A stretch of DNA of 64,000 nucleotides. Origin: Camelus ferus (Eukaryota). The notes under the pieces are model-generated. The model did no database searches. It worked only from the letters and a program-made list of their open reading frames with translations, and was not told the DNA's origin. Shown here in pieces: positions 37,811 through 50,865 of this stretch (position 1 is its first letter; every line of letters starts with the position of its first letter). Location: contig NC_045707.1 of the NCBI RefSeq assembly GCF_009834535.1, positions 46,812,001-46,876,000 on the forward strand, read 5' to 3'. The translations under genes and the position numbers were made by a program.

Positions 37811-40309
37811 TGATGTGGGAAAAGCCTGTTTCTGGTCTTGCACAAAACTTTACTGGTTTCCTTAATAAATTACCAAAGTTTGAAAGATGCTCCTAGAATG
37901 GAAAACCAAAAGAGCTGATTCACAGCGTACTGGGACCGTGGACTTAATCCTGAAAGCTGCTGAGCAACAGGAACCACCTCTCCTTGGACCTTCCTCTCGC
38001 ACAGCTCTGCCCTGACCACCTTCTGCCAGATGTTCTAGGCACATCGGCTGAATGTGTTCCTTTGTCTTGATTGCTTAGTAGTGCGCTTGGTGCAGTTATG
38101 AATTGGTATAATGTTCTTTGTGCAATAAAGAAATTTTTAATAGAATTACAGACATATAAACAAACCAAGCATACATAAAATACAGTATTAACAGTTGAGC
38201 TACCTACTGCAATGGTGTTAACAATCTTTTGCAAAAATTATACCAGGTACTATCAAGATGTAGCCCAGGTATTAGCTGGGGCTCTCACTGACCTTCAAGA
38301 AACTGGCTCCAGACTCCATGAACTCTATAGCCTCTGGAAACCCAAAACCCTTCTCAACATTTGGTAAGATTACATCCTCAGGGCCTCCTTTATATTCCGG
38401 GCTCCTGACTGCATGAAAGTTGACTCCACACTGTACTGCATCAAGTGTGATGTGAACCTCTGCATCTCCAAGTTTGTCCCCCAAATTCACCCCATGTCAG
38501 GCATGCACAAGCAGAGGAGACTTCACAGAGAAGTTGGGGACCACAAGAAACAGTGACAGCATGTCCTCCCCACAATGGCCTGCATTTGGCTGGTGCCCTT
38601 TCCCTCCGACACCCTCCCTTCTCCTTTGTTCTTGCACGTATCCCCCTCCCTCTCCCAACGACCAATAAATCCTTCCCCTGGAGTCACACAGAGTAGTTCT
38701 GCCAACATGTAGGCCTTTGGGGCCTCATATTCTTCCTCAAGCACTCATCAAGGTGTTTTCCTCAAGGTTATTTCCTTCATAAAGCAAATCCTATTGCCAG
38801 ATGTTCAGATAATAGCATTTCCATTTTCCCTAGCTTCTGATCTTCCCCAGCTAAAATTTATATTTGAGAGGAGGGGCTGATCCCAGGGGAAGCAGCAGCT
38901 GTGCCAAGAGGATGCAGAGTGGCCAGGGCAAGCAGCAAAGGTAGTACCAGGACATGTCACATGCCCTCAGGCCTAAGCTCAAGGCAGGAAGAGAGACATG
39001 CAAGGGCTGGAACGCTAATAGGGCACAGGGGGACAAGAACAAGCAAAATTAAAAGCATTGATATCAAAGAGACCCATTAACCCTAGGGCCTTAGGAAACA
39101 GGGGCTTCAAGTAAAAACTCTTAAGAAAAATTATAACCACGACAAGGAAAGGTCTAGCCTCACAGAAAAGTTTTCATTGATCTAATAGTAAAACTTAACA
39201 TTTACAAGGAATAAGTATTATTCAGATGACTTCATATGGTATAAAGGCTGATCTTGACAAAAGACAAGACTTCTACTTATCATGACTTACCAAGCAAAGA
39301 ATGTCAACTAAAATACTGTTAGCTATGGCAGGGAAAAAGAAAACCCAATGGCTTAACTTTATATAAAATTTTTCCTTAAGATACAATTTTTTGAGAAAGA
39401 ATCCAAAAGTCCTAGGGAAAACAAAACAAAACAAAACAAAAAGCCCTTATCCCCCCAACCACTCCATCAAGTAGATACAAATAGTTATTGCTCTACCCAT
39501 TAGATAAGTAGATAAAATTTGGTGAGTCCAACTTTTCACCAATCCAGAAGATTTTTAAAGTACTGATCTACTCGGGCACTTGAGAAAGGATTTCACTTTG
39601 GTCAGGAATATCCTTATGCCCTCTTCAGAGAAGACTAGAATTTGCTAAAATCGCTGGGTCAGCCCTGACAGTCAAATTGGTAACTTTGCCCTTGCTTTAG
39701 CTATTTTATAGACAGCTGTTCAATTATCATATTAAAATTAATATTTGAGCATAATTTTTAGTTCTATAAACAAGCCTGGGAAAGGGCCTTTCTAGCACTT
39801 GATCTCTCTCAACTAGAATTTTATGAGTTGTTTTCCACAGGGAAAGAAAAACAGCGGGGAAGGGAAAGGAAGGAGCAAATTGACAATGAAAACAGGCAGA
39901 GAAAGGTAAGAAGAAACAAGTGTGTCTTAGATCAAAGAGTGAGTGGAGCTGGTGGGTCCCTGTCACTCTTTGCTCAGAGGAAGGAAAGGTTCTAGCTCTA
40001 CCAATGAGTGGCGTGAAGTTCAAATACGCTGGAGAAGAGATAGAAGCAACCACGAACTTTTCTTTTTGAGAAACTGGGAAATGGGACAAGACTACTCCAC
40101 ATGATACCCCAGATAGAGCCTGAAATTACAAAGAACCTACAGTACTGTATTTCTTTAACCTATTTAAGAATGTTGAACAAGGTTTACACAGTACACAGGT
40201 ATAGAGTCCAAGTCGGGGATGGAGAATGAGGGAAGAAGTGTGGGGTAAGGCTGGGTAGAATAGCCCTTGGGAGCCAAGTTCTTTGATCTGGAATCAGAAA
40301 CTAAAGTCA

Positions 40310-41690
40310 TTTGTTTGCTCATTCATGCAGTAAGTATCAATCTCCATATGTTCCAGATTCTGTTCTAGGTGCCAGGGATACAATACTGAACAAGACAGAA
40401 TCTACTCTCTAGAGTTTACAGGTTAGGGGCAAAAGTAAGTACACAAATACACAAACATAGGCATGTTTTATACAAATTCAAAGAAAACAGGCTATGGCCT
40501 AGAGTGTGACCTGGGGTTAGGGTGCTTTAGATAGGGTCGTCAGGGAAAACCTCTCGGGGGAGGGGACGAGCCGAGGCCTAAATAATGAGAGGAAGCCAGC
40601 CTAATAGTGTAGTGGCCCATACAGCAGCACGAAAGGAGAGAACTGCAGACTTGAGGTGAGACACCCACTTGGGAAATCTGAAGATCAGAAAAGGGCTTGT
40701 AGGGAGCGTGGGACAGAGATAAGAGGTAAGGGACAGAGGCAGGCAGGAGCCACGGCAGGAAGCAGTTTGTATTTTCTTCTAAGTGTGATGGGAAGTCAGT
40801 GGAGGATTTTAAGTTGGGGAGTGATAATTGTTTCAAAAGATGGCTCCGACTGCTCTCTCAAGCAGACTGCAGGGGCAAGCATAGAAGCAGACAGGCAGGT
40901 TAGGAGGCAATGTGGAGATCCAGTGAGAGATGTCAGAGGTTTGGACGAGGTGGGAGCAGAGATGAGAGGGTAGATGGATCTGGGTAAATTGGGGGGTATT
41001 TCTGTGGGTAAGACTGATAGACTGGATGTGGGAGATGAGGGAAAAGGAGCAAATCAAGGCTGATGCTTAGGTCTGGGGTTCAAGCAATTGGGTATATAAT
41101 GGGGTTTATTTACTGAGATGAGGATATCAGGGAAGGGCAGGTCTGATTGAGAAAGTAGTTCTAATTAGGGATTAAGAGTTCTATTTGGATTCATTAAATT
41201 TGAGATGTCTCTCAGACTTCAAGTCTAGAAGTCAGGGTTAAAGCTGTAAGTTAGTAAACAGAAGGTGTGGAAAGCAATAGGACCCACTGAGATTACCCAG
41301 AGAAAGAGGATAGAGAAGTCCCAGGAGGCTTTCCAATAGCTAGAGGTCAGGACAAGGAGGAATAACCAGTGAGGTGCAGAAAAAACAAGAAGTGTGAATT
41401 GACATCAGCCAAGGAAAAAAAATTTCCAAGAAAGAAAAGGTGACCTATTATATCAAATGTTGCTGAAAGTAAAGTAACATGAGAAAAAAGAATGAACCAC
41501 CATATATGGCAAGATGGAGATCAGTGGTGCCCTCCACAGAGGTACTTGCAGTAGACTGGTGGGGTGGAACCTAAATGAACTGGCTGAATAGAGTGGAAGA
41601 TGCGGAAGTAGAGATGGGTTATATAGAGAGTTCTTTCTAGAAGCTCTGCTATGAAGGAGACCAGAGGAATGAAGTATGTAGGATGAGGGT
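40310..41690 (-). mobile_element. L2 element, long fragment
   Basis: Starts TTCATGCAGTAAGTATC; antisense-L2 motifs GATGGGAAGTCAGTGGAGGATTTTAAG, TTTGAGATGTCT, TCAAATGTTGCTGA. Confidence 0.85.
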
Positions 41691-42739
41691 CAAGAAAGGC
41701 TTTTGTTGTTGTTGTTGTTGTTAACTTTTGTTTTCTAAGATACAGAAAATTAGAGAGAACAGTGGAATGAATCCCCCTAGTCACCAAGCTCTGACAACTG
41801 TCGGCTCCTCATCACACTTCCTTATCTGTTCCCCCACTCATCGCCAATTCCCCATCCACACGGCAATTTTGAAGCAGATCCAAGACATTATTTCAAGGAA
41901 AGATTATTTTTATTTTGTCGTAAGTGAGAAATATTTCTTATGGAAAAAGGAAAACAGAAAACTCTACTCAACTATACTATCACTGAGAAAATTCTAGATC
42001 CACCACATTAACAAAGTAACTTCAATAAAAGTTATAAAATTTAACTTTCCTTCAAAGCAGGGATTCTCAAACTATGACCCACAGTCCACAGATGGGCCAT
42101 GAGAGGCTTCCAGGTGAACAGTAAACTGTGGCAAAACTCAAGTCCTTCCATCAGCTCTAATGGATAGAGAAGGAGGAAGTCCAAGTTCATGGTCTTCCAT
42201 TTGTTTGTTTTTTGGCTTTGTTTTTGCACATGAATAAGTAATATAACTTATTAAGTAACTTACTTTAGGTTTACTAAAATTAGTACATTCCTAGAGTTTG
42301 CAGATGACTCGTATTTAAAATTGTGCTAAGCACTCTGACTGCCAGACAATGCCTGGAACTGTTGCAGAACACATTTACAGATGGTGGGAATTTCTGTAAG
42401 TTGGGGGAAGGATGCCTAATTACCCATGCATATCTTGAGTTACTTACATTTGCAATTCTCCTATTTTTGCTTTTTGACTACAAATTACTTCACTTCATCC
42501 ACAACAACTTAGTTTATTGTGGGTTATTTGGCTAAACCCTCAGTATACAGTGATGCATATTTGTATTATCAATATTGATTTGCCACTTGTTTATACTTTA
42601 GTTAACTGTAGTCCTGGGTACAAAGATTTGAGACAGAAAACCTTAAAACCTAGAAAATTCTATGTATTATTAAACTTTCCTCCGGATTGAGGGGGACTTT
42701 ATAATTTTATTTTAGCTCTGGAAAACCTCAATCCTGTTG

Positions 42740-43020
42740 AGATAGTATAATGGTTATGAGCATTAACTGGATCTAAAGAGTCTAGGTTCAAATCAAGGCT
42801 TTGTTATTTAGTAGCTGTGTGACTTTGGAAAGGGTAAGTTACTTTTCCATTTGGTTTCTCAGTTTCATCATCTGTAAAAATGTAGATAATAACAGTACCT
42901 TCCCCACATCTTTAAATGAGTGAATATGCATAACTGGTACAGTACTTGGCATCTATTAAGTTCCATATTTTCCCACAGAAGTATTACTACTACACTTACT
43001 ACAACAACAATTGCTACTAC
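42740..43020 (+). mobile_element. MIR SINE
   Basis: CTAGGTTCAAATC..TAGTAGCTGTGTGACTTTGG..CTCAGTTTCATCATCTGTAAAAATG. Confidence 0.8.
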
Positions 43021-45399
43021 TATTACAGTTTGTGGGACCAGGGTTCTAAGAGAGGATATTTTGAAAATCACTAAAGTATACCTTGAAATCGGTACCTACA
43101 ACTTAAGTGGTAGTTATAATGGCATAAATGGTGGCTAGCTTTATATCCAAATGTTTAACCCATAATATAACCCAACTATTCACTAAGAGCACTAGCTTGA
43201 ATTCTGGATCTTGGAACTCTGGTGCAGAAAGCAATGAATCCTTTTGTGCATACTGGGCCAGGCTTAGGGAACATTATAAAGGAGGTCAAGGAGGGTCTTC
43301 AGCATCTTCTCACCACCTCTCTGTGAGCTTATCTTACTTTCTGACCCCATGCTTTCTAAGCCCCCAGGTATCCTTATTTTGTTCAGAGTCTTTTACCATA
43401 ATAATCACCAAGCCAATTCTCCCCTATTCTCTTCTTCAAACATGAATTCTTTCTCTAGGACCTTCTAGCCCCAGCTCTGGGTGAGGAGGGAAATGATTTT
43501 TAAAAATTTACAATTACTTGTATATGTCTATTAACACTTCAAGTGTCTCAGAAGTATATCTATTATTGAAAGAAATTTCTTACCAAAACATCAAATTACT
43601 GCAAATTCAGGCAGGGCAACAAAGCTAAGTGAAAAAATTCAAGCAGTCTGGGCCACCATAGAGCCTTTTCCAGAAGCTAGCACTATTTTCATGGTTTCTT
43701 CTCTCTACTTTGAAACAATGTAGCATTTTATTTACTTTTTTTCTTCAATAGCTCTTAAGGTAGCAGAGACCCCAGTGTCTGAGTGAAGGGAGGAAAGAAA
43801 AGGGAGAAATGGGATTTGGATTAGCAAGAGGATTTACTTTTGGAGGGAATGCTGATACTCAATAATCACGACTAGTTAAGTAGTTTCTTTCTTTTCTTTT
43901 TGGGGGGAAGGCTTTAATTTGATTATTGTTCATAAGAAATTCACATCTAGTTAAAAGTTGGGACCAAGAGAGTTAAGGGGCAAATCTGAGGACTGATCAT
44001 GCTTAAATCTAAAGAACCATATTGTTTTTTCAAATTTACTATAATCTTTGATTTTCTAACACAAGTATCACTTACCCAAAGAAAAGTTAGTGGATTAAAT
44101 TGTAGATTTCATTCTCTGACTCACTACAAAAAGAATTTTAGGGGATTTCTGTCAAGAACATATAAAACTATCAATATTCAAAAATAATGAATCTTAAGCC
44201 AGGAAAATATAAATAAAACATATTCAAGACCAGTGGAAATATAAACAAAAGTATGCAGATCATGGTTGTTAGACTTAAGTTTCAAGAAAGTTTACCTCTG
44301 AATCTCCTAGAGGATAGAAGGAAGAAAGGAGTAGCATTCGTCATAGTTATCAGAAAGGATAATATGTACTGTTTCCACTCAGAGAAGCAAAGCTCTTCTT
44401 GCAGCTGGGCTCCACAAGGTATTTTTCAAATGGGCTATAGCTCTGTGGCCTTGAGTAACAGAGCCAACAACATCCTCAGTTCCAGGATCTTGGGCCAGGG
44501 CCACATTGTTCAGGAGTTCCAGCAAAATTCCATTAAATGACTAGCTCCCCTGAGGGGTGGGAGAGGCTTGTGTCCAATTTACAGAAGCAACATATGCACA
44601 CAATTTTTTAAAACAGTGTCTACTACTTAGATTACAAATTTAAAAGAAATTTAAAGAGTTCTGACTACTTTTACTGTATTGTATTGTACTATATGGTATT
44701 GTGAGATCTCCAAATAGCCCAAAACAGATAATTTGTAGAGGAAGAAAAAAATAAAAAATAAAATAAAATAAAATAACTTGGACTGTGTTTGGTTTTTCTT
44801 TCTAGAATGCTCTTCTCTATAGCAAAATCTCTTTTCCAAAGTTTCCCTCCTTTCAGAATAATGAAGCTATACAATTTTTACCAATCTTATTGAAGTATAC
44901 TTGCTGATAATGCCTGGCATACAAATGGCCTCAAAAGATATTTGTGGAATGAATAACTGAGGTGAACAGGCCACATCACAGAACTCTTTAATTCTAATAT
45001 TCAACACTTGGATGGGCAATTTATTTGTCCCTAAATACTCATAGTCAACAACGAGACCGTCCTCACCAGTTCAAATAGCTTTAAAGATCTTGGTATAAAC
45101 ATGTATTTCTTTCCGTTAAAATCTTCTTAGAGGAGATCTAACTTGCTTCCTTGGAAGAAATACATCCCTGAGCTTGGTGGAAGGCCATAACATTTAAAAG
45201 GAAAAAATAAACAAACAACTGGGCTTACTAAGAGGTAAGTACAAGGCTCTTTGGGGAGACATAGGACAGATAAGCACCATCCCTTTCAAAGCAACCCTGT
45301 CAGGAAGCTACAAATATATTCCAGCAATACTGATTTTAAGCAAAAAACTTACAGAATGCCTCTTTTGGAGCTGCCTTCATCTCTAAAATCAGTTTACAT

Positions 45400-45705
45400 G
45401 ATGTACAAGAAAACCTGTCATACTACTTTACGGTCCTGGCTTATTTTTAACCAAACATTACTCTAGCCAGTTTGATCACCACCTATGTGGCAGACAATGG
45501 TGAACAGTTCCTGGCCTGTCCTCCAAATCAAATCTACCTTCTAAGAATAAATACCATCAATGTAAAAAAAGTCTTTAGCAAAATGTGCCAAAGAGCTCCA
45601 AAGGCAAATTCCAAAGAGAGATTTCAAAGACATCGTGAGCAGCAGCAGCAGCAGCATGCCGGGACGATCCCTGTAGCCTCTCAAGGAGGACTCATACACA
45701 GCTAT
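45400..45705 (+). mobile_element. Ancient mariner transposase fossil (MARNA-like), C-terminal part
   Basis: Translates APKANSKERFQRHREQ..VASQG, similar to mariner LKAIPKEEFQKCFEQW..CIASQG; upstream WPVLQIKST is similar to WLFPKIKST. Confidence 0.6.
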
Positions 45706-46184
45706 GCACAAACTGTATTCGGAAGAGCCGGGATAGTCTCGTACGTACAACGCCACCAGGTCTCTGTCGTCTTTACATTATTCCCCTGGCAGAGTGCCCT
45801 GCACACAGTAGGGCATGTAGTAAATGCTTTTCAAAATAGAATTCTCTTGAGAATAGTCTAACTATGGAACAACAGGGCCTTTATCCACCAGACTTTTTCT
45901 TAGGAGGAAATGATACCTTGTCATCATTGAAGGTGGGTTTTGAGAGTAACCGACGATCTATTTGCTTTTACTGCCTCCTATATCCAGTGGCAAATGGAAA
46001 ACTTATCCCTCAAACGGTATCTCTTAAAGATGAAATCTTTATTTTTAAATAACTGAAATGTAAGTTAAAGAGATTTCAGAATCTATGAAAAAGCACTGGC
46101 ATCTACCATTCTTTTCTAAATTTTGAGCAACTGGTCATCAAATAAAAATGAAAAAATATAGAAAATCTACCACCACAGCAAAGG

Positions 46185-46410
46185 TAATACAATGAACATT
46201 TAGACTGTGCCTACTGTGCGTTAAGTACCATGCTATGTGTAATCTTTAAGAAATCCAACAAAAGAGGTACTATCATTCTCATTTCTACAGATAACAAAAC
46301 TTGAAGCTTTGAGAAGTTAATACAGATGTACAAGCTTACACAATCATTAGAGGGCAGAGCTGAGGTTCAAATTCAAGTGTTAAAATCCAAAGCCCTATCC
46401 CTTACCTCCA
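46185..46410 (-). mobile_element. MIR SINE
   Basis: GGTACTATCATTCTCATTTCTACAGAT..GAGAAGTTAA..GGCAGAGCTGAGGTTCAAA. Confidence 0.75.
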
Positions 46411-48169
46411 AAACGTGGAGAGTATTCCAGAAGGGTAAAGCAGAAGGCCGCTGGCCAGCCCTATGTGGCCGACAACAGCAATTTGCTAAAAATGAAATGA
46501 CTTGCCAGTGTTTAAAATACGGGGTTTTACATAAAACAAAGATTTGTATCTCCCCTATACCAAACTTTTCACTCATTCGCCTACACAGACCAGGCAGATA
46601 ATGCACTAGAGTCTACGACTTCTGTTATTCCCTGCTGCCTCTTTTAAAGCAAAACCAAAACTAATGTTCCACCTGTCCTATCTTACCTGGATATCCCATA
46701 GGAACTTAGAATCATATCATTTTGATGAAGTAGAGCATAGTCATTGAGATCAAGTACAAACCCTTTACAGAATCTAAGGCCAAAGAGTTAAGTGACTGGT
46801 TAATGGTCATGAGCTATAGGACTAGATCTTGAATGTTCTTATTCTTGTTTGCTCTACTACTCAGCTTCTCACTGGTAACCACACATACATATGTCCGAGT
46901 TAACGAAGTTAACGACCTGGGAAGTGAGGAATCACTATTCTTTCAAAATTCTCTTTGAAATTACTATCATGAGTGTGCACTGCTAATAAATACTGCTAGT
47001 AATGCCAAGATTTCAAGTCTATTTTCTTTGATTCACCAAAGGTCTCCTATGTACAAATCACTCTGCTTTTACAGACCCCCTCCTGCGTCTCCCTTTTTGT
47101 TTTCCAGGAGCTGCCAGCAGCAGTGTGGTTGAATACTGAAGGGTAAAAGAAGCTACAAAGGATGCCCCAAAGAAGCATCTTTGACTTCTAAGCCGCAGAT
47201 CAGGGGTGGGGAAGATGAGGAAGACAATACCAGTGGGTGACTCATAGGTCACGCATACCAGTGAGTGACTCAAGCCTACTACCCTCCAGAGGAGATGTAA
47301 TTTTTATTTTAATTTCTGATGTTAGCCAAAGAAAGTCACTTTGAGTCATTCTTAATTATTATATAAGCACTAAAGCATATTCCGATCATATAAGCTGGCA
47401 GTTTCTCCTCCTTACTCCCAAAGGTACTAAGTTCATCAAATTTAAATATTAAAATTTCCTAAGACCAGGAAAAGATACTAAAGAAACAGCTTGTCAATTA
47501 CAAACTATTTCTAGAGGTGTTTGTAGCATATGCACTATCAAACATAGTTCCTATTTAAAAAAAAAAAAAAAACATCATGTCGTGCTCATTCCAATGTTTC
47601 CCTATGTAACTGAAGCCAAAAATAGCATTTGTGAAAATATTATTTTTTGAGGAAAGTACACCACATTAATAATGAGTTGGGCCCGAAGAGGTTTTAGGAT
47701 TTCAAGGCAAGCAAGTTCCATGCTCTTCTAAAAAAATGATAAGGAATAGACATCCCCTTCATTAAGCAGGACAGATTTTAAAATTTATAACAAAATGGTA
47801 TCTTCGTCATTTGTTTTCATTTCATTTCTGACCTAATTTCTGACAGTCTTGAATGAATATCCATTCTTATGTCCTTTAACTATCTTGCAAGGTAGCCAGG
47901 CCAGCTGAGTTTTCCACCAGACAGTAAATTACTCTGGGACGCTATGGTCTAATATCAACTCTGTGTACTCAATATCAAACACCAAAGATTTGGCACAAAT
48001 ACCTTTATCAATATTTTCATCTCTGTTTGGCTCCAGACATCTATAAAACTGTAAAATGGAGCTCTGGCACATAACAAAGGTTTTTAAGGTGCTCTGAAAG
48101 TCTGCAGAGGGAAAGGACAGGGCAGTGTGGAGTACTGGGCGTTCACATCTTTCTGTTGGTGCTCTAAGA

Positions 48170-48412
48170 CTGCATAATGGCTGGAGAGCAAAGGCTCTGG
48201 ACTTCGAATGTCTGGGTTTAAAGTCCAGTTCTGCCACTTTCTAGCTGTGCAACCTTGGGCAAGTCACTTAACCTCTCTGTGCCTCAGCCAATCCCTCAGC
48301 TATAAAATGGGATTGCTGAGAGGGTTAAATGTGATTAGGTATTCAAAGAGTTTAGTGCAGCTCCTGGCATCCAGTAAGACTCAATAAATATTAACAACAT
48401 TTATTATTCATC
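48170..48412 (+). mobile_element. MIR SINE
   Basis: TCTGCCACTTTCTAGCTGTGCAACCTTGGGCAAGTCACTTAACCTCTCTGTGCCTCAG core. Confidence 0.9.
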
Positions 48413-49609
48413 CATTTTTGATGCCTTCACTGGCATGCCCTGGGTATGAGTAAAATTTTTTTCAGTCAGCTTGACTATATTTGGTGCCTTGATTCTTGAA
48501 GGAAACAACAATGTCAGACCCATTAGCATAGTTTTCTAAGATTCCAGTCAGACATCTCTAGGGCATAAATCATTATGTGGGACCAGCCATGAAGTAGCAT
48601 ACTGCAGGTGCTTTGGAAAGTCACATTAAATCTTGTAAAGCAGAGGGTACGATTCACGCAAACTCAGCAGCAGGAATTCGATGAAGCGGCTCGCTCTCGT
48701 CTCCTGACTGATGACTGCTATTTCTTACATCTAGAGCATCACCCATGACAGATGACAGTGACACGGCTGCACATGCCCACAGGCACGCTCAGGTTTTACA
48801 GATGCCAAAATAATTTTGCAAGAAAGTAAAGCAAATAGTGGCCTAGGGGCAGTTCAAGATTTCATTTGTTTGTTTTGTTAGTTTGAGAGGCTTTCTTTAT
48901 TGTGATAGTCTTAAAAGTATTTTACAAACACATAAGAAATGAAATCAGCAAATTTTTCTCTGGCTTCCATTTCTAGTAAAAAGATGATCAAATATATGCT
49001 GTTGAAGAACAAACATAAATAAACTTTATTTTGTGGCTTAAAGTTACAATTCACAGAAAGTTGCTACATATTTTACTCTCATCACCACTTTGCCTTTAAT
49101 TAGGTCCTTGTAATTATTATCATAAGAAAGGTATCTCACATCTTTCTCACTTGCAAGCAATATATAGATGCTACTCTACTTGACTTATCCTTATTTACTC
49201 ATTGTGTAAAATCTATCCATAAGCAATAATAAAAATTGAAGTTAAAAAAAAAAACTATAAAATGAAAGGACTACTTCTGGCAAGCAGCACAAAGTGCACA
49301 AGAGCTCAGATTTTAGTGACAGGCAGATGTGGATTCATGGGCAAGAAACTTAATCCCTTTAAGCTTCAGTTTCCTCACCTGTAAAGTGAGAATAATAAGA
49401 GTTTCTATATCTTGTTAAGGATGGTCACACCAGAACAGTACCTAGGGCAAACAATTTTTGAAGAAATTGAAGGAACTGAAGAAATGTAAAAAGGGAAGGA
49501 GGGAGGAGGAAAAGGAGTGAGTAGCGATGACTCTCCCTGAGTTATACAAATAGAGGCTACAATCCGGGCCTTTTGCCAGGATTATGCATCTAAAATAACC
49601 CAGCTTGAT

Positions 49610-50540
49610 CTTTTTTATTATGTAAATTTTCCATATACAACAAAGTTGAGAGAAAAGTGTAAACCGCCCCCATGAACACATCACCAAACTTCAACAATTA
49701 TTATACTCTATCATTCTGACGTCTATTTCCCTAAACACATTTTTTTCTTTTGATGGAGTATTTTTAAAGAAAATCTCAGGCATCATATCCCTTCAATAGT
49801 AAGTGATTCTAACAGGTAAGGGATCAAAAAAAAAAAAGAAATCACAATACCCCTAGTAGAATCAATAAAACTATCAGTCATTTCCTAATAGCATGTAATA
49901 AACAGAGAATGTTTCATTTTTTCCTATTGTTTTAAAAAAGAAAGGTATTTTTACAGTTCATTTGTTCAAAGCAAGCCCCAAACAAGATTCATACCCTGCA
50001 TTTGTTTACAGGTCTCTTAAACAGGTCTTTTTCACTTATTATGAAGAGTTTCCCCTCCCTACTTTTTCCCCAGTATATTTATTTGCTGAAGAAACTGGCT
50101 TTTGTTTTGCAGAACTTCCCACATTTAGGACTTGACTGACTCGTACTCTCGTGGTGATGTTTAACTTAACTGTCTCCTCTGTTTCCTGTAAACTGGCCGC
50201 TAGGTATGGAAGCTTGATGAGATTCTGGTTCAGATTTGTGGGGAGGGAGTGTGGGCAAGCGTAACTCACAGGTGGTGCTGTCTCTCTTCTCTCTGATCAC
50301 ATTAGGAGGAGTATAAATGTTCCGTTGTTCCCCTTGTAGTCATGTTGAGATTGGTCAGTGGGTTAAAGGGTGGTCAGGCTGAGTCTCCATGATAAAGCTC
50401 CAATTTCGCCCAGTGATTTCTGCATACCTAAATGATTGCTGCCTAGTTCCATTATTTCATTAGATGTTGTGAAATAGTGGTTTTCTCCTTCTAGCATCCT
50501 TCTGCATTTATTAGCTGTAATTCTCTATGAAGAACTTATC
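49610..50540 (-). mobile_element. Old L1 (L1MC4/5-like) 3'UTR fragment
   Basis: ATACAACAAAGTTGAGAGAAAAGTGTAAAC..CCAAACAAGATTCATACCCTGCATTTG..GAAGCTTGATGAGATTC. Confidence 0.7.
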
Positions 50541-50579
50541 CTGAAGTACACACATGCGTATACATAAATATAGTTATGT

Positions 50580-50865
50580 TTTTCTTCCTTTGTTATCACA
50601 AGTAGCTTACTATATAAACACTCTTTAACACTTTACTTTTGTAATTTAAAAATAGATTCTGAAGATTACTTCATGGCAAAAAGTAGAAATTTTCCTCATT
50701 CCTTCTTAGATATATATTCTTCTTTATGAATGTACCATTCAGTTATCCAACCATTCCTCTGTTAACAGATATTTGGAAGGTTCTCATCTTCACTATTACA
50801 AGCAATATTGTAATAGATAAACCTGTACATATATCATTTTCGATTTTTGCCACAACATTTAAATA
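50580..50865 (-). mobile_element. Old L1 (L1ME-like) 3' fragment
   Basis: TGAATGTACCATTCAGTTATCCAACCATTCCTCTGTTAACAGATATTTGG..CACTATTACAAGCAAT. Confidence 0.6.

Noticed and set aside
48003..48048. Possible minus-strand micro-exon (FYRCLEPNRDENIDK), and similar ones at ~5647-5695 and ~35229-35280
   Set aside because: Short, unrecognised and not chainable into a coherent protein
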